Shown: in pieces, positions 47,735 through 57,591 of the stretch
Layout of the letters: the number at the start of each line of letters is the position of its first letter
Numbering within the stretch: position 1 is the first letter of the stretch
From: Oscillospiraceae bacterium
Lineage (GTDB): Bacteria; Bacillota; Clostridia; Oscillospirales; Ruminococcaceae
Direction: 5' to 3'
DNA length: 64,000 nucleotides
NCBI GenBank assembly: GCA_900768995.1
Contig: CAAGEZ010000017.1
Span: forward strand, 22,455 to 86,454
Program-made: the position numbers and the translations under genes
Notes under the pieces: model-generated
Seen by the model: the letters and a program-made list of their open reading frames with translations, nothing else
What the model was told of the DNA's origin: nothing
Database searches by the model: none

Positions 47735-48219
47735 ACCGTTTCCTCCTTTAGAAGCTTTTTCAGTTTTTCCCTGCCCCGCATTATCCTTACCCTGACCGTC
47801 GATTCTTTCATTTTAAGAAGTCCCGCAATTTCCGCCGTTGAAAAGCCTTCATAATAAAACAGATGCAGTGGCACCCGATCCTTTTCGGGCAACTTCATAA
47901 CCGCATAAAACAGATCGCTTTTCTCTCCGAAATCTTCATTATATGAACCCTCTTCGGAAAGATCACAGGCGGTCGTTTTAGAAAACCAGGCTGACCTGAG
48001 CGTATTTCGGCAGGTATTGACGGTGACAGTTATAAGCCACGGTCTGATGTGAGCATCATCGGTGAGCTTATCCATATTCTGATAAAATTTCAAAAAGACC
48101 TCCTGCATAATGTCATTTGCATCGGCACTGTTTTTCATCATCGAAAATGCCACCGCATAAACCGTTTTGCTGTATAGTTCAAAGCAGCTGCGAAAATGCT
48201 GCTGACCTGTCTTGTTCAT
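47731..48219 (-). CDS. ECF-subfamily RNA polymerase sigma factor
   Basis: Region 2 (ANDIMQEVFLKFYQNM...RPWLITVTVNTCRN) and region 4 (FSTAEIAGLLKMKESTVRVRIMRGREKLK). The ribosome-binding site is AGGGGGTG. Confidence 0.85.
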   Translation of the reverse strand: MNKTGQQHFRSCFELYSKTVYAVAFSMMKNSADANDIMQEVFLKFYQNMDKLTDDAHIRPWLITVTVNTCRNTLRSAWFSKTTACDLSEEGSYNEDFGEKSDLFYAVMKLPEKDRVPLHLFYYEGFSTAEIAGLLKMKESTVRVRIMRGREKLKKLLKEETV

Positions 48220-48311
48220 CTGTTTCTCACCCCCTGTTTTTTACTCTCTGATAATAATACAACCGAGCAGCCAAAAATGTTACAATCCGATTGGATTATT
48301 TTATAAAAATA

Positions 48312-48350
48312 AGCGGGCCGCAGATTTTTTCTCTGCGACCCGCAAGAAGT
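48312..48350 (-). terminator. Terminator downstream of the GGDEF-EAL gene.
   Basis: GCGGGCCGCAGA ttttttc TCTGCGACCCGC, an 11 of 12 stem, followed by a U-run on the minus strand. Confidence 0.6.
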
Positions 48351-48357
48351 CTGTGTA

Positions 48358-50907
48358 TTACTGACCTGCCTGGTGCTTTTCACGTTCAAGTCTTTCAGCC
48401 GCCAGCTTGTTGGAATTTTCTTCAAGAGAACGTCTGCTTGGCTTGTGCAGCTCTTCATATGTCTCAACAAATTCCATTGCATCGGAAGCGTTGAGAGGCT
48501 TGCTCATAAGAAAGCCCTGAATGTAGTCACACTTCATTTCAGCAAGTATGTTGTACTGCTCAATGGATTCAACGCCCTCAACAACAGTCTTGATACCGAG
48601 GTTCTTGACCATATCAATGATAGAGCCTGTTATCTGATAATCCTTGTGCTTGCTGCATATCTCGTCAACAAAGGACTTATCGACTTTGAGTGTCTTAATG
48701 GGCATATCCTTGAGATATCCGAATGAAGAGTATCCTGTTCCGAAATCATCAAGAGCAAGGGCGATTCCCATATCGGCAAGCTTCTGAATGGTATCATTGT
48801 TGCCGTCAATAAATTCAACAAGGCTTGTTTCGGTAATTTCCACCTGAATATTAGCGGGATTTACCTGGAACACGTTGATAGTGCGGCGAACCTTGTCAAG
48901 GAAGTCCTTCTTTTTGAGCTGAACGGGAGAAACGTTTATAGACATAATAATGTCGGGGTTTATCTCGTTCATACGCTTTAGGAAACGGCAGCCTGTTTCA
49001 AATATCCATGTTCCTATCTCAACGATCGCACCGGTCTCCTCTGCTATCTGAACAAATGTAAAGGGAGGTACGCTTCCAAGCTCCTCAGACTCCCACCTTA
49101 CAAGGACTTCAAAGCCGTGGATATCGCCGTTCTGAACGGAAATAATGGGCTGGAAGTTAAGAAACATCTCGTTATTTTCAAGGGCCTTATTGAGCTTCTG
49201 AGCAATAGTCGCCTTGCTGAGAACGGTCTGATGAAGAGCAGCGTTATAATAGGAGGTTCTTCCCTTGCCCTTTTCCTTTGCACGGCTCATTGCGATGTCT
49301 GCGTCCCTGAGCAGCATATCGGGGTTGGTATCATCATCTGGATAAATTGAAATACCAACCGAAAACTGCACATAAAGCTTGTCGTTGAGAATCTCGATAG
49401 GCTCGATAAACTCATTTCTCAGATTGATGATAAGTTCATCGATTATGCCGAAATCATCGTTTAGATCAGCAAGGATAACAAATTCATCGCCGCTGAATCT
49501 GAATACTCTGGAAACTACCTTTTTCAGTCTCTGACCGAATATTTTAAGAAACTCATCGCCCTGACGATGACCGAGAGTTTCGGTTATCCACTTGAAATTG
49601 TCAATGTCTATGAAAAGGAGCGCAAATCTCTTTCTCGACTCGTCCCTGCTGACGATAAGGTCTTCTATGTATTCATAAAGCTTGTAGCGGTTCTGGAGGC
49701 CTGTGGTGGGGTCGAGAGTCATATAATCGTTGATGACTGCGTTTTTATCCTGCAAGGTCTGAGCAAGGTCATCAACAGACTTTGCAATAAGACCTATCTC
49801 ATTTTCAGAGGAGGAATTTATTCTGAAATTATAATTGCCCGCTGAGATCTCCGCAATTGAATTGGAGATCTCGGGGATATCCTTTGCCTCGTGGCGGATA
49901 ACATTGAGCGTTGCAATAAGCTCGAGGACGAAAAGACAGGCTAGAATGATTATCTGCTGAGAATACATTCTTGTGAAGCTGCCGTCAGCGACCTTTCCGT
50001 CAAATACGGTAAGAACTTTGAGACCGCCGAAGGACATCTGGCACATAGCATAGCTTGTAGTCTTGCCTGATTTAAATTCGGTGATACTGCCGTTGTTCTC
50101 AACATTTTCGGCAAGCGTAGTCAGGTCATAGTCAGAGCTTACGAGCAGAGAACTCAGCTCCTGCACCTTTTCTGGAGTGCAGAGCACATTGCCTGCATTG
50201 TCATAAACAACCGAATACACGCCATCATTTCTAAGTCTTGCGGATATTTTATCGGAAATAACATCAGCCGAAAGCTCAATTCCCGCACAGCCCACAAATT
50301 CGCCGTCAAGTCTTACGGGCATTACAATAACTATCTGAGAAGCGCAGTCAACAAAGCGCTTGTATGAGCTGTTCATCACGAAAATAATGGGACTGTCGGA
50401 CGATGAATTTTCCGCATCTGAAAACCATTCGTAATCCTCGGGAGAGATATTGCCGGTGACGCCGTTATTAGCAAAGAAACTGCCGTTATTTTCGGAAACA
50501 CACCATATTGCCGCAGGTTTACCCGAGCATATCATAATTTTGTCCATACTCTCAAAGACCTGCTGAGGGTCGGCTGACGATGAGTCATTCAGAAGCTTTG
50601 CCGTCTCAGTTCCACCGGCAAGGAGACGTACAGCGTCGGACATATTGTTTATGTAATCGGTAATTGCATCGGAGGCCGCTTGTGACGAATCCGTTATTAC
50701 CGAATTAACATCACCGCTTATATTGCTTTTTGTTATGATGTAAGTCATTCCCACGAACAGGATAATAAAGATAACGTTAAAAATGGTTATGAGAGCGATA
50801 ATGTGTTTAATAAAGCTTGTCTTAAAAGCATTTTTTACCATAAACTTCCCCGTTTCTGCGGCTTTCCGCACAGGTCCTGCCTGTATGCGGCAATATTTCC
50901 CGCCCAT
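48358..50907 (-). CDS. Membrane sensor protein with an extracellular Cache-like domain, HAMP, a degenerate GGDEF (SGDEF) domain and an EAL domain.
   Basis: A transmembrane segment, an extracytoplasmic region, HAMP, then RFSGDEFVILAD, and EAL-domain motifs (EVLVRWE, QPIISV, DDFGTGYSS). The real start may be the internal MVKNAF at about 50841. Confidence 0.8.
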   Translation of the reverse strand: MGGKYCRIQAGPVRKAAETGKFMVKNAFKTSFIKHIIALITIFNVIFIILFVGMTYIITKSNISGDVNSVITDSSQAASDAITDYINNMSDAVRLLAGGTETAKLLNDSSSADPQQVFESMDKIMICSGKPAAIWCVSENNGSFFANNGVTGNISPEDYEWFSDAENSSSDSPIIFVMNSSYKRFVDCASQIVIVMPVRLDGEFVGCAGIELSADVISDKISARLRNDGVYSVVYDNAGNVLCTPEKVQELSSLLVSSDYDLTTLAENVENNGSITEFKSGKTTSYAMCQMSFGGLKVLTVFDGKVADGSFTRMYSQQIIILACLFVLELIATLNVIRHEAKDIPEISNSIAEISAGNYNFRINSSSENEIGLIAKSVDDLAQTLQDKNAVINDYMTLDPTTGLQNRYKLYEYIEDLIVSRDESRKRFALLFIDIDNFKWITETLGHRQGDEFLKIFGQRLKKVVSRVFRFSGDEFVILADLNDDFGIIDELIINLRNEFIEPIEILNDKLYVQFSVGISIYPDDDTNPDMLLRDADIAMSRAKEKGKGRTSYYNAALHQTVLSKATIAQKLNKALENNEMFLNFQPIISVQNGDIHGFEVLVRWESEELGSVPPFTFVQIAEETGAIVEIGTWIFETGCRFLKRMNEINPDIIMSINVSPVQLKKKDFLDKVRRTINVFQVNPANIQVEITETSLVEFIDGNNDTIQKLADMGIALALDDFGTGYSSFGYLKDMPIKTLKVDKSFVDEICSKHKDYQITGSIIDMVKNLGIKTVVEGVESIEQYNILAEMKCDYIQGFLMSKPLNASDAMEFVETYEELHKPSRRSLEENSNKLAAERLEREKHQAGQ

Positions 50908-51023
50908 TCACATATCTTTTTAAGTATATCATAAAAGAATTAATTTTTCAATAGAAATGTAAAAATATTGTACTCTTTAACAAAAAATTTATGCACTTTA
51001 CAGCATTTTATATATGGTATTTT

Positions 51024-51938
51024 TTACACATTCAAGGTCTGCTTTGATAAAGCTTCACTGTCCGCCCAACGGAGATAAAAATCTCTGTACTCGGAGGTCA
51101 GGCGGGTGTATTTTTTTGTGGCGGCATAAGTTCCGTCGGGGCATTTTTTCATTTTCAGACGGACATAATATCCTCCGTGTTCCCTGCATTCACAGCAGTT
51201 CACAGCCGATGTCTCGCTGTAGAACACCCATTTTTCCCGCTTCATTATCCTGCGGCATCTTGGGCAGCGGAGAAAGGTTATGCGCCTGCTGGACATTGCT
51301 TCCTCAACGCTTTTTATGTTCATATATGTGCGGTAATATTTTTCCTGCTTTTCCTCATTGACCTCTCTGAGCATATCCTCATAGGTGCCGAGAAAGCGCA
51401 CAAAATCCATTTTCAGCCCTATCCTTGCACAATAGACCGCATCATTGAGTGCATCGTGAGCCTTAAGTTCACAGGGAATTTCAAGCGTTTCCGCCGCAGA
51501 TATAAGCGAATACTGTCTGCTGCTGTTCATTATGCGGCGGGCAAATATCTGCTGAAGATCATAGAATTTCGGGTGAGGAGCTTTTATTTTATGTACTGCC
51601 AGATTTGTGTCCAGCATTTTTTCGTCCTCGCTGCCCCAGACAAGTATAACGCTTTCATCTCCGCACCATTTAAGAAATCGGCTGTATGCTTCGGAGAAGC
51701 TCTGTCCGTAGCTTATAGATGCAGCCGAAAGCCCCGTTACCCTGCCCACAGCCGAGTTCATTTTCTTATAGTATTTCGGGATAATGCAGTAATGGATACG
51801 GTCAGTTTCCTGCATATCATCGTTTATTTTCACAGCACCTATACGTATTATCTCCCCGTGGAGAGGTATGGGAGACGTAACCGTTTCCGAATGTCTGCGG
51901 GGCTGGTTCCACTCCATATCAAGAAAGATGTAATTCAC
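51024..51938 (-). CDS. KapD-like DEDDh 3'-5' exonuclease with a C-terminal Cys-rich zinc-ribbon extension
   Basis: Exonuclease motif I FLDMEWN, motif II VWGSEDEKML, and motif III HDALNDAV, which align with B. subtilis KapD. The extra roughly 100 aa include CPRCRR...CCECREHGG. Confidence 0.65.
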   Translation of the reverse strand: MNYIFLDMEWNQPRRHSETVTSPIPLHGEIIRIGAVKINDDMQETDRIHYCIIPKYYKKMNSAVGRVTGLSAASISYGQSFSEAYSRFLKWCGDESVILVWGSEDEKMLDTNLAVHKIKAPHPKFYDLQQIFARRIMNSSRQYSLISAAETLEIPCELKAHDALNDAVYCARIGLKMDFVRFLGTYEDMLREVNEEKQEKYYRTYMNIKSVEEAMSSRRITFLRCPRCRRIMKREKWVFYSETSAVNCCECREHGGYYVRLKMKKCPDGTYAATKKYTRLTSEYRDFYLRWADSEALSKQTLNV

Positions 51939-52369
51939 ACCGTCAATTCCTTTCGGCTCATATCAGCCTGTTTGAGCTTGTATTCCATACGCATAAGCAC
52001 GTCCTTTCGGGTGACAATTCCCGAGAACATTCCCCTGCTGTCAACAACGGGAACAAAGTTCTGCTCGATTATTCTGTTGAAAAGCGTCTCTATATCCGCA
52101 TCTATGGTCACGGATTCAAAACGTGAGCAGTCCGCAAGCTCTGCTACCGTAAGGTCATCTTCATTTATTGCTTCTACATTTTTCTTGTCAAGGATCCGAT
52201 ACAGAAAATCTCTCTCGCTCACAACTCCGATGTACATTCCGTCCCTGTCGATAACAGGGACAGCCGTAAAGCCGTGATCAATAAATTCTTTCAGACCCTC
52301 TTCAGCGGAAAGGTCTCCGTAAATATATGCTACCATTGACTTGGGCTTTAAAAGCATTGCTGTATTCAT
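51935..52369 (-). CDS. CBS-pair domain protein
   Basis: Two CBS motifs (AVPVIDRDGMYIGVVSERD and VPVVDSRGMFSGIVTRKD). Confidence 0.8.
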   Translation of the reverse strand: MNTAMLLKPKSMVAYIYGDLSAEEGLKEFIDHGFTAVPVIDRDGMYIGVVSERDFLYRILDKKNVEAINEDDLTVAELADCSRFESVTIDADIETLFNRIIEQNFVPVVDSRGMFSGIVTRKDVLMRMEYKLKQADMSRKELTV

Positions 52370-52396
52370 AAGTTCATTTCCTTTCAGATAAATAGG

Positions 52397-53413
52397 TCAT
52401 ATTTCGCTGTAGCCGTAGAGGGATATCTTCTCAAAACCGTCAAGAAGAGTATCGATGTGGCTGAACGCAAGGCTTGTTCCCCTTGCAACACATCGTAACG
52501 GGTCATCAGCACTGTATGTATGTATTTTCGTTTCACTTTCAATAAGCTTGTCGATGCCGCCGATAAGAGCACCGCCGCCTGTGAGGATTATTCCGTTTGA
52601 ATGGATATCGCCTGCAAGCTCGGGCGGGGTTATCTCAAGAACGCCCTTTACAGCATCTACCAGTTCATTGGCAATATCTATTATAGCCTTGTAGATGTCA
52701 TAATCGGTCAGCTTTATCTGTGCAGGCAGTCCCGTAACAAGATTTCTGCCCTTGACGGTCATTTCCCTGCTGCCGTCGGGGGCATACACCTGTGCAAGAG
52801 TAATTTTGGCATTTTCAGCCGTTCGCTCGCCTATTAGGATACGGTACTTGTTCTGAACATACTTGATTATGGCAGCGTCTATCTTATTTCCCGCAAGCTT
52901 CACGGAATTTTTGGCGACAATTCCGTTCATAGACATAACTGCGATGTCGGTAGTGCCGCCGCCGATGTCCACGACCATTCGTCCCTTGGCTTCGGAAATG
53001 TCAATGCCTGCACCCATAAGCGCAGCAACAGGCTCTTCTATAAGAAAGACCTTTTGCGCTCCTGCCTGTCTTGCCGCCTCTATGACAGCTCTGCTCTCAA
53101 CATCGGTGATAAGTGAGGGCACGCACATAACTATCCTCGGCATAAGCATCTGCCTGCCCGTTACCCGTCGTATGCACTCTCTCACAAGGCTCTCGGTCAT
53201 ATCGTAATCGGAAATAACGCCGTCGCAGAGGGGGCGTATCACGGCGATATAATCGGGAGCTTTGCCTATCATTCGGTATGCTTCCATGCCAACTGCGATT
53301 ATCTCGCTGGTCTTTTTATTAAAAGCCACCACAGCAGGCTCATAGAAAACAACGCCCTTGTTTTCCATACTTATCATAATGTTGGCAGTGCCTAAATCTA
53401 TTCCTATATCCAT
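52397..53413 (-). CDS. mreB: Rod-shape-determining actin homologue, MreB/Mbl family
   Basis: DLGTANIMI, DIGGGTTDIAV and the actin fold. 338 aa. Confidence 0.9.
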   Translation of the reverse strand: MDIGIDLGTANIMISMENKGVVFYEPAVVAFNKKTSEIIAVGMEAYRMIGKAPDYIAVIRPLCDGVISDYDMTESLVRECIRRVTGRQMLMPRIVMCVPSLITDVESRAVIEAARQAGAQKVFLIEEPVAALMGAGIDISEAKGRMVVDIGGGTTDIAVMSMNGIVAKNSVKLAGNKIDAAIIKYVQNKYRILIGERTAENAKITLAQVYAPDGSREMTVKGRNLVTGLPAQIKLTDYDIYKAIIDIANELVDAVKGVLEITPPELAGDIHSNGIILTGGGALIGGIDKLIESETKIHTYSADDPLRCVARGTSLAFSHIDTLLDGFEKISLYGYSEI

Positions 53414-53690
53414 ATAGAAAGTACCTTCTCTTAATTTTTATGGGGTTCAAAAAATCACACCCCGTAAGTATCATACACAGTTTATCATTTTAATTATAAA
53501 CCTTATTTTATTTAAAGTCAATAGAAAATAATGTGCTGTGTGAAAAAAGGCGGAATATAATATCTGTCGTCTTAACTTAGGGATTTGTTATAGGCATAAT
53601 GCAGTTTCCGCCCTGCTTATTCGTCATAATTCTCTCAGAGTTCACTGTAAAATATGGAATGTAACACACAAAAGAAAGGACTGCTGCAAA

Positions 53691-53996
53691 ATGGGAGTCA
53701 GAATAGAAAAAGCCGAAAGCACGGTCAAAGCAATTTTATGGGGTGAGATAGATCATCACTGCGCACCCGATATCAGAAACCAGATCGATCTTGCCGTGGA
53801 CGAGAATCGCCCAGAAAATCTTATCATAGATTTCGGCGAGGTCACATTTATGGACAGCTCAGGTATCGGTCTTGTAATGGGCAGGTACCAGACTATGAAA
53901 GGCATCGGCGGGAAAGTCACCCTTGAAAACACCCCTGCCCACATCAAAAAGGTAATGCGGCTGGCTGGGCTTGACAGATTTGCAAATATTATGTGA
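53691..53996 (+). CDS. spoIIAA: Anti-sigma-F factor antagonist SpoIIAA (STAS domain)
   Basis: The STAS fold with the phosphorylatable serine in DSSGIGL. It lies upstream of spoIIAB and sigF. Confidence 0.85.
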   Translation: MGVRIEKAESTVKAILWGEIDHHCAPDIRNQIDLAVDENRPENLIIDFGEVTFMDSSGIGLVMGRYQTMKGIGGKVTLENTPAHIKKVMRLAGLDRFANIM

Positions 53997-54009
53997 AAGG
54001 ACGATCATT

Positions 54010-54483
54010 ATGTCTCAGATATTAAACGAAATGCGGGTGGTATTGTCACCCAAAAGCTGCAACGAAGCAGTTGCACGAAGCGTTGTGACCGCCTTTGTGA
54101 TGCAGATGGACCCATCGGTAAGCGAGCTTGCGGACATCAAGACGGCCGTTTCCGAAGCCGTGACAAATTCTATCGTTCACGGCTACAGGAGCTGCACTGG
54201 CAACATTGAGCTTGTGTGCAGGATACTTGACAAAGATATGCTGTACATAAAGGTGCGTGACAAGGGCTGCGGAATTGCAGATGTGAAGCAGGCAATGGAG
54301 CCGCTTTTTACCACTGCCCCTGAGGAAGAACGTGCGGGGCTTGGTTTTGCGGTAATGGAGAGCTTTATGGACAGTGTTTCTGTCAGAAGCGCTGTGGGAA
54401 AGGGTACATCTGTTGTGATGAAAAAGCGCATATTTTCCACATCTCTTGTAAGAACGGGGGCAGCGGAAAATGAACGCAGCTGA
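54010..54483 (+). CDS. spoIIAB: Anti-sigma F factor / serine kinase SpoIIAB
   Basis: A GHKL ATPase with the N-box EAVTNSIVHGY and G-boxes (DKGCGI). I chose the start at MSQILNEM, which has an AAAGGA ribosome-binding site. Confidence 0.85.
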   Translation: MSQILNEMRVVLSPKSCNEAVARSVVTAFVMQMDPSVSELADIKTAVSEAVTNSIVHGYRSCTGNIELVCRILDKDMLYIKVRDKGCGIADVKQAMEPLFTTAPEEERAGLGFAVMESFMDSVSVRSAVGKGTSVVMKKRIFSTSLVRTGAAENERS

Positions 54484-55153
54484 GACCGCCGTTAAGGAAT
54501 GCCGCAACAGGCTCGTGACGGAAAATCTCGGACTGGTACATCTCTGCGCCAACCGTTTCAGAAACAGGGGCATAGAATACGAGGAGCTGTACAGCTCAGG
54601 CTGCGTGGGACTTGTAAAAGCCGCAAATTCCTTTGACGAGGAGCGTGGGGTAAAATTCTCCACCTATGCCGTTCCAGTAATACTTGGGGAAATAAAGCGG
54701 ATATTCCGTGACGGCGGAATGGTCAAGGTCAGCCGAAGTCTCAAGGAGCTTTCTCTGAAAGTGATGCGTGAAAAAACAAGCTTTATCGCTAAAATCGGAC
54801 GTGAGCCATCAGTATCGGAGCTTGCGGAAATAATGGGCTGCGAAGCTGACGACATTGCGGAAGCACTTTCTGCCGCCCAGCCCTGTCTGTCCCTTACGAG
54901 ATACGGCGAGAGCGACGAAAGTGAGGAACAGGATATTCCCTCCCCTTTCAAGGAAACGGACATATATGACAGCATTGCTCTGTCGCAGGCAATGGACAGG
55001 CTTGATGCCGCTGACAGAAAGCTTATTTTCCTGAGATATTTCCGTTCATTTACCCAAAGTCGTGTCGCAGAAGTTCTTGGAATGACGCAGGTGCAGGTAT
55101 CACGGCGGGAAAAAAAGATACTTGCGGAACTGAAAAAAGAACTTTTCGGATAA
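54470..55153 (+). CDS. sigF: Sporulation sigma factor SigF
   Basis: Regions 2, 3 and 4 of a sigma-70 family protein, as the third gene of the spoIIA operon. It overlaps spoIIAB by 14 nt. Confidence 0.85.
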   Translation: MNAAETAVKECRNRLVTENLGLVHLCANRFRNRGIEYEELYSSGCVGLVKAANSFDEERGVKFSTYAVPVILGEIKRIFRDGGMVKVSRSLKELSLKVMREKTSFIAKIGREPSVSELAEIMGCEADDIAEALSAAQPCLSLTRYGESDESEEQDIPSPFKETDIYDSIALSQAMDRLDAADRKLIFLRYFRSFTQSRVAEVLGMTQVQVSRREKKILAELKKELFG

Positions 55154-55157
55154 AAAG

Positions 55158-55190
55158 CGGCTTCGGTAAAATATTCACCGAAGCCGTAAA
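55158..55190. terminator. Bidirectional terminator after sigF and after the cell-wall-binding protein gene.
   Basis: GCGGCTTCGGT aaaatattc ACCGAAGCCG with A/T-runs on both sides. Confidence 0.7.
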
Positions 55191-55209
55191 AAATATTCAG
55201 TCAAATATA

Positions 55210-56106
55210 TCAGCCGAGGTCAACAACATCGTCAAAATCTGCTCCGTCATCGATCTGCTTTGAAAGGTCCTCGGAGAATATCATAGTCATAAGAGTGGAA
55301 CCGTTGTAGAAAAGTCCGCCGTACTGATCTCCCTTGGTATAAACGTAGGTAGATTCATCGCCGTCCTTTGAGGACATTTCATATTTCCAGCCGTCGTCCT
55401 TGAAATACTGCTTGTAATCTTCAAGGTACTTTGAGCCCTTGTCCGAAGCATAGCCGTAGCATACGAGCTTATCATTCTTGTCGAAAAGATAATATTTATA
55501 GTACTTATCATTATCCATAACCATAAGCATAGCATCAACATTTACATATTTGTCATAACCGCCTGCTTTTAGAACCTGATCTCTTGTCATACCCCAGCTG
55601 AGGCCCTTCATAGGAGCTGTGAGGGTCGATGAGCTGTCAGATGCCGAGCCTGACTTCATAACGCCGTCCTTGCCGAAGTCGTAGACCTTGCCGTTTATTT
55701 TCAGCTTGCCTGTTCTCATCTTGCCGTCTTTGCCGAAATAATAGGTCTTGCCGCTGAGCTTTACAAAGCCGGTTCTCATTTTTCCATCAGTGCCGAAGTA
55801 ATATCTGCTGTCGCCTATCTTACTCCAACCTGTGAGCATTTTGCCCTTTTTGGAGGCATTAAAATAGTACTTGTTCTCGCCGATGGTTTTCCAGCCAGTT
55901 ACGGCATAGCCCTTTTTGTCAAAGTAATACTTTGCGCCGTCAATGGTCTGCCAGCCTGTAAGCTTCTTGCCTGTGGTATCGTCCTTGTAGCTGTAGCCGC
56001 TGTCGGATTTCACCCAAACTGCGGAAGCTGATGCGGACATTGCGGGAAGTGCTGATACAGCCATTACTGCTGTAAGGGCAGCGGCTGCTATTCTGCGCTT
56101 TATCAT
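55210..56106 (-). CDS. Secreted protein with tandem choline-binding-type (CW_binding) repeats and a C-terminal domain of unknown function.
   Basis: A signal peptide (AAAALTAVMAVSALPAMSASA) and about six roughly 20-aa repeats of the form TGWxxIxGxxYYF. I chose the start at MIKRR, which has an AAAGGAG ribosome-binding site. Confidence 0.7.
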   Translation of the reverse strand: MIKRRIAAAALTAVMAVSALPAMSASASAVWVKSDSGYSYKDDTTGKKLTGWQTIDGAKYYFDKKGYAVTGWKTIGENKYYFNASKKGKMLTGWSKIGDSRYYFGTDGKMRTGFVKLSGKTYYFGKDGKMRTGKLKINGKVYDFGKDGVMKSGSASDSSSTLTAPMKGLSWGMTRDQVLKAGGYDKYVNVDAMLMVMDNDKYYKYYLFDKNDKLVCYGYASDKGSKYLEDYKQYFKDDGWKYEMSSKDGDESTYVYTKGDQYGGLFYNGSTLMTMIFSEDLSKQIDDGADFDDVVDLG

Positions 56107-56375
56107 ATTACATACTCCTTTTATTAAATAAATTTTATGCATTTATAATTATAACATAATCATATGCAAATGTCAACAAATTTTGTATTATTTTATAAAG
56201 AATTATTCAGACGTGTATTTACAACAAAATGATTCAATAAATTTAAATGTATATTATTTATAAATACAAAAAATATTACAAATCATTGACACGGTTATAC
56301 TGTTGTAATATACTAAAGCTATAAAGCATTCTATGCGCTGAGCATAAATAAAAAACTGCAAAGGAAATCATCACT

Positions 56376-57524
56376 ATGAACGAAAACATTCAAAACACAA
56401 CACCTGAGACATCGACTGAACCTCCTCAGTACAGCTGGGGCGAGCAGAAACCCACGGAAGAAAGCGAAAGTCCGGTAATGCTCCGTCGAAAGATCAAAAA
56501 GGGTTACGGCAAAGCTGCAATGCTCATAATTTGGCAGCAGCTATTCGCTATCATTATTATGGTAATCATATCCTCTGTAATGTCCGTAAAGCTTACGGGA
56601 GCAGTTATGGCGGAAAATCCCGAAATAAGTCCCCAAGAACTAAAACAGGCCGTTACAGACGGATATACTGAATTCCTATCGGGCGAAAATGCAATTTTTG
56701 TCAACGCAGGCACAATGATAGTTGCAAATCTTCTTTCACTTCTCATAGTCTGCGCAGGCAAAAAGCAGTTCAAGCTGAAAAGAACGATCGGGAAAATTGA
56801 TTTGCCCGCTTCGTCGGTAGTCCTCGCCTGCATCGGCATTCTTGGAATACAAGGCGTTTCGATTTTTGTTCAGAACTTTGTTATGAGCCTTACGGGCTAT
56901 ACAGGTTTGAATGAATCAACAGCCTCGGCTATGTCATACACCGACAATATTGCCGCAAACATCGTGCTTTTCTTCTACCTTGTTATCGCCGCACCCGTTA
57001 TTGAGGAGCTTATGTTCAGAGGAACGGCTATGAATCTTCTCGCACCCGTGAGCCGAAAGTTTGCGCTGTTCGCCTCTGCTCTTCTTTTCGGACTTATGCA
57101 CAGCAACTTTAATCAGATATTTAACGGCTTTCTTCTCGGTCTCCTGTTGGGATACATTGCACTTAAAAGCGGCTCGGTCATTACTTCCATTCTCTGCCAT
57201 ATGACTGCAAATCTGAACGCCGCACTTGTTTCATTCATTTTTGAATACAAGCTTGCTCCCTCTATTGGAAGTGATGCAGCTGCAACAGGCGAGATGATCG
57301 TATTTGCCGTTGAAGCTGTGGTAGGAATTATCGCCCTTGTGATACTTCTGAAAAAGAACGGCAAGCTCACCGACAGCGACATCATCGTTCCCGAATATTC
57401 ATACATTTTAGAGGACGGCGATGCCAAAAAGCTTACTTGGCTCACACTTATAAAGTGCCCCTCGTTCTGGGTCGCAGCAGCATACTGCATATTCTCGGCT
57501 GTAATACTTGTATCGGCTGTCTGA
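56376..57524 (+). CDS. CPBP-family (CAAX-protease/Abi) intramembrane metalloprotease
   Basis: The CPBP motifs EELMFRG, FGLMH and HMTANL in a polytopic membrane protein. A promoter TTGACA, 17 nt, TATACT sits at about 56288-56316. Confidence 0.8.
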   Translation: MNENIQNTTPETSTEPPQYSWGEQKPTEESESPVMLRRKIKKGYGKAAMLIIWQQLFAIIIMVIISSVMSVKLTGAVMAENPEISPQELKQAVTDGYTEFLSGENAIFVNAGTMIVANLLSLLIVCAGKKQFKLKRTIGKIDLPASSVVLACIGILGIQGVSIFVQNFVMSLTGYTGLNESTASAMSYTDNIAANIVLFFYLVIAAPVIEELMFRGTAMNLLAPVSRKFALFASALLFGLMHSNFNQIFNGFLLGLLLGYIALKSGSVITSILCHMTANLNAALVSFIFEYKLAPSIGSDAAATGEMIVFAVEAVVGIIALVILLKKNGKLTDSDIIVPEYSYILEDGDAKKLTWLTLIKCPSFWVAAAYCIFSAVILVSAV

Positions 57525-57591
57525 TAATAAAAAAGCCTGTGAAAATATCCTCGGCAATGAGGAATTTTCACAGGCTTTATTTTTTGCAATA

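Noticed and set aside
48216-48482. 88-aa minus-strand ORF spanning the gap between the ECF sigma gene and the GGDEF-EAL gene.
   Set aside because: It overlaps the terminator hairpin and the 3' end of the GGDEF-EAL gene in another frame. It has no ribosome-binding site and a low-complexity product.
55640-55990. Roughly 60-nt periodic repeats that could be mistaken for a CRISPR array.
   Set aside because: The repeats are imperfect, sit in frame, and encode the choline-binding-type repeats (TGWxxIxGxxYYF) of the secreted protein at 55210-56106. There are no unique spacers.
56143-56375. A 230-bp very AT-rich intergenic region, which could be an island boundary or a small RNA.
   Set aside because: It contains a good promoter for the CPBP protease gene and is a divergent promoter region. 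There is no integrase, no tRNA, and no direct repeats indicating mobile DNA.
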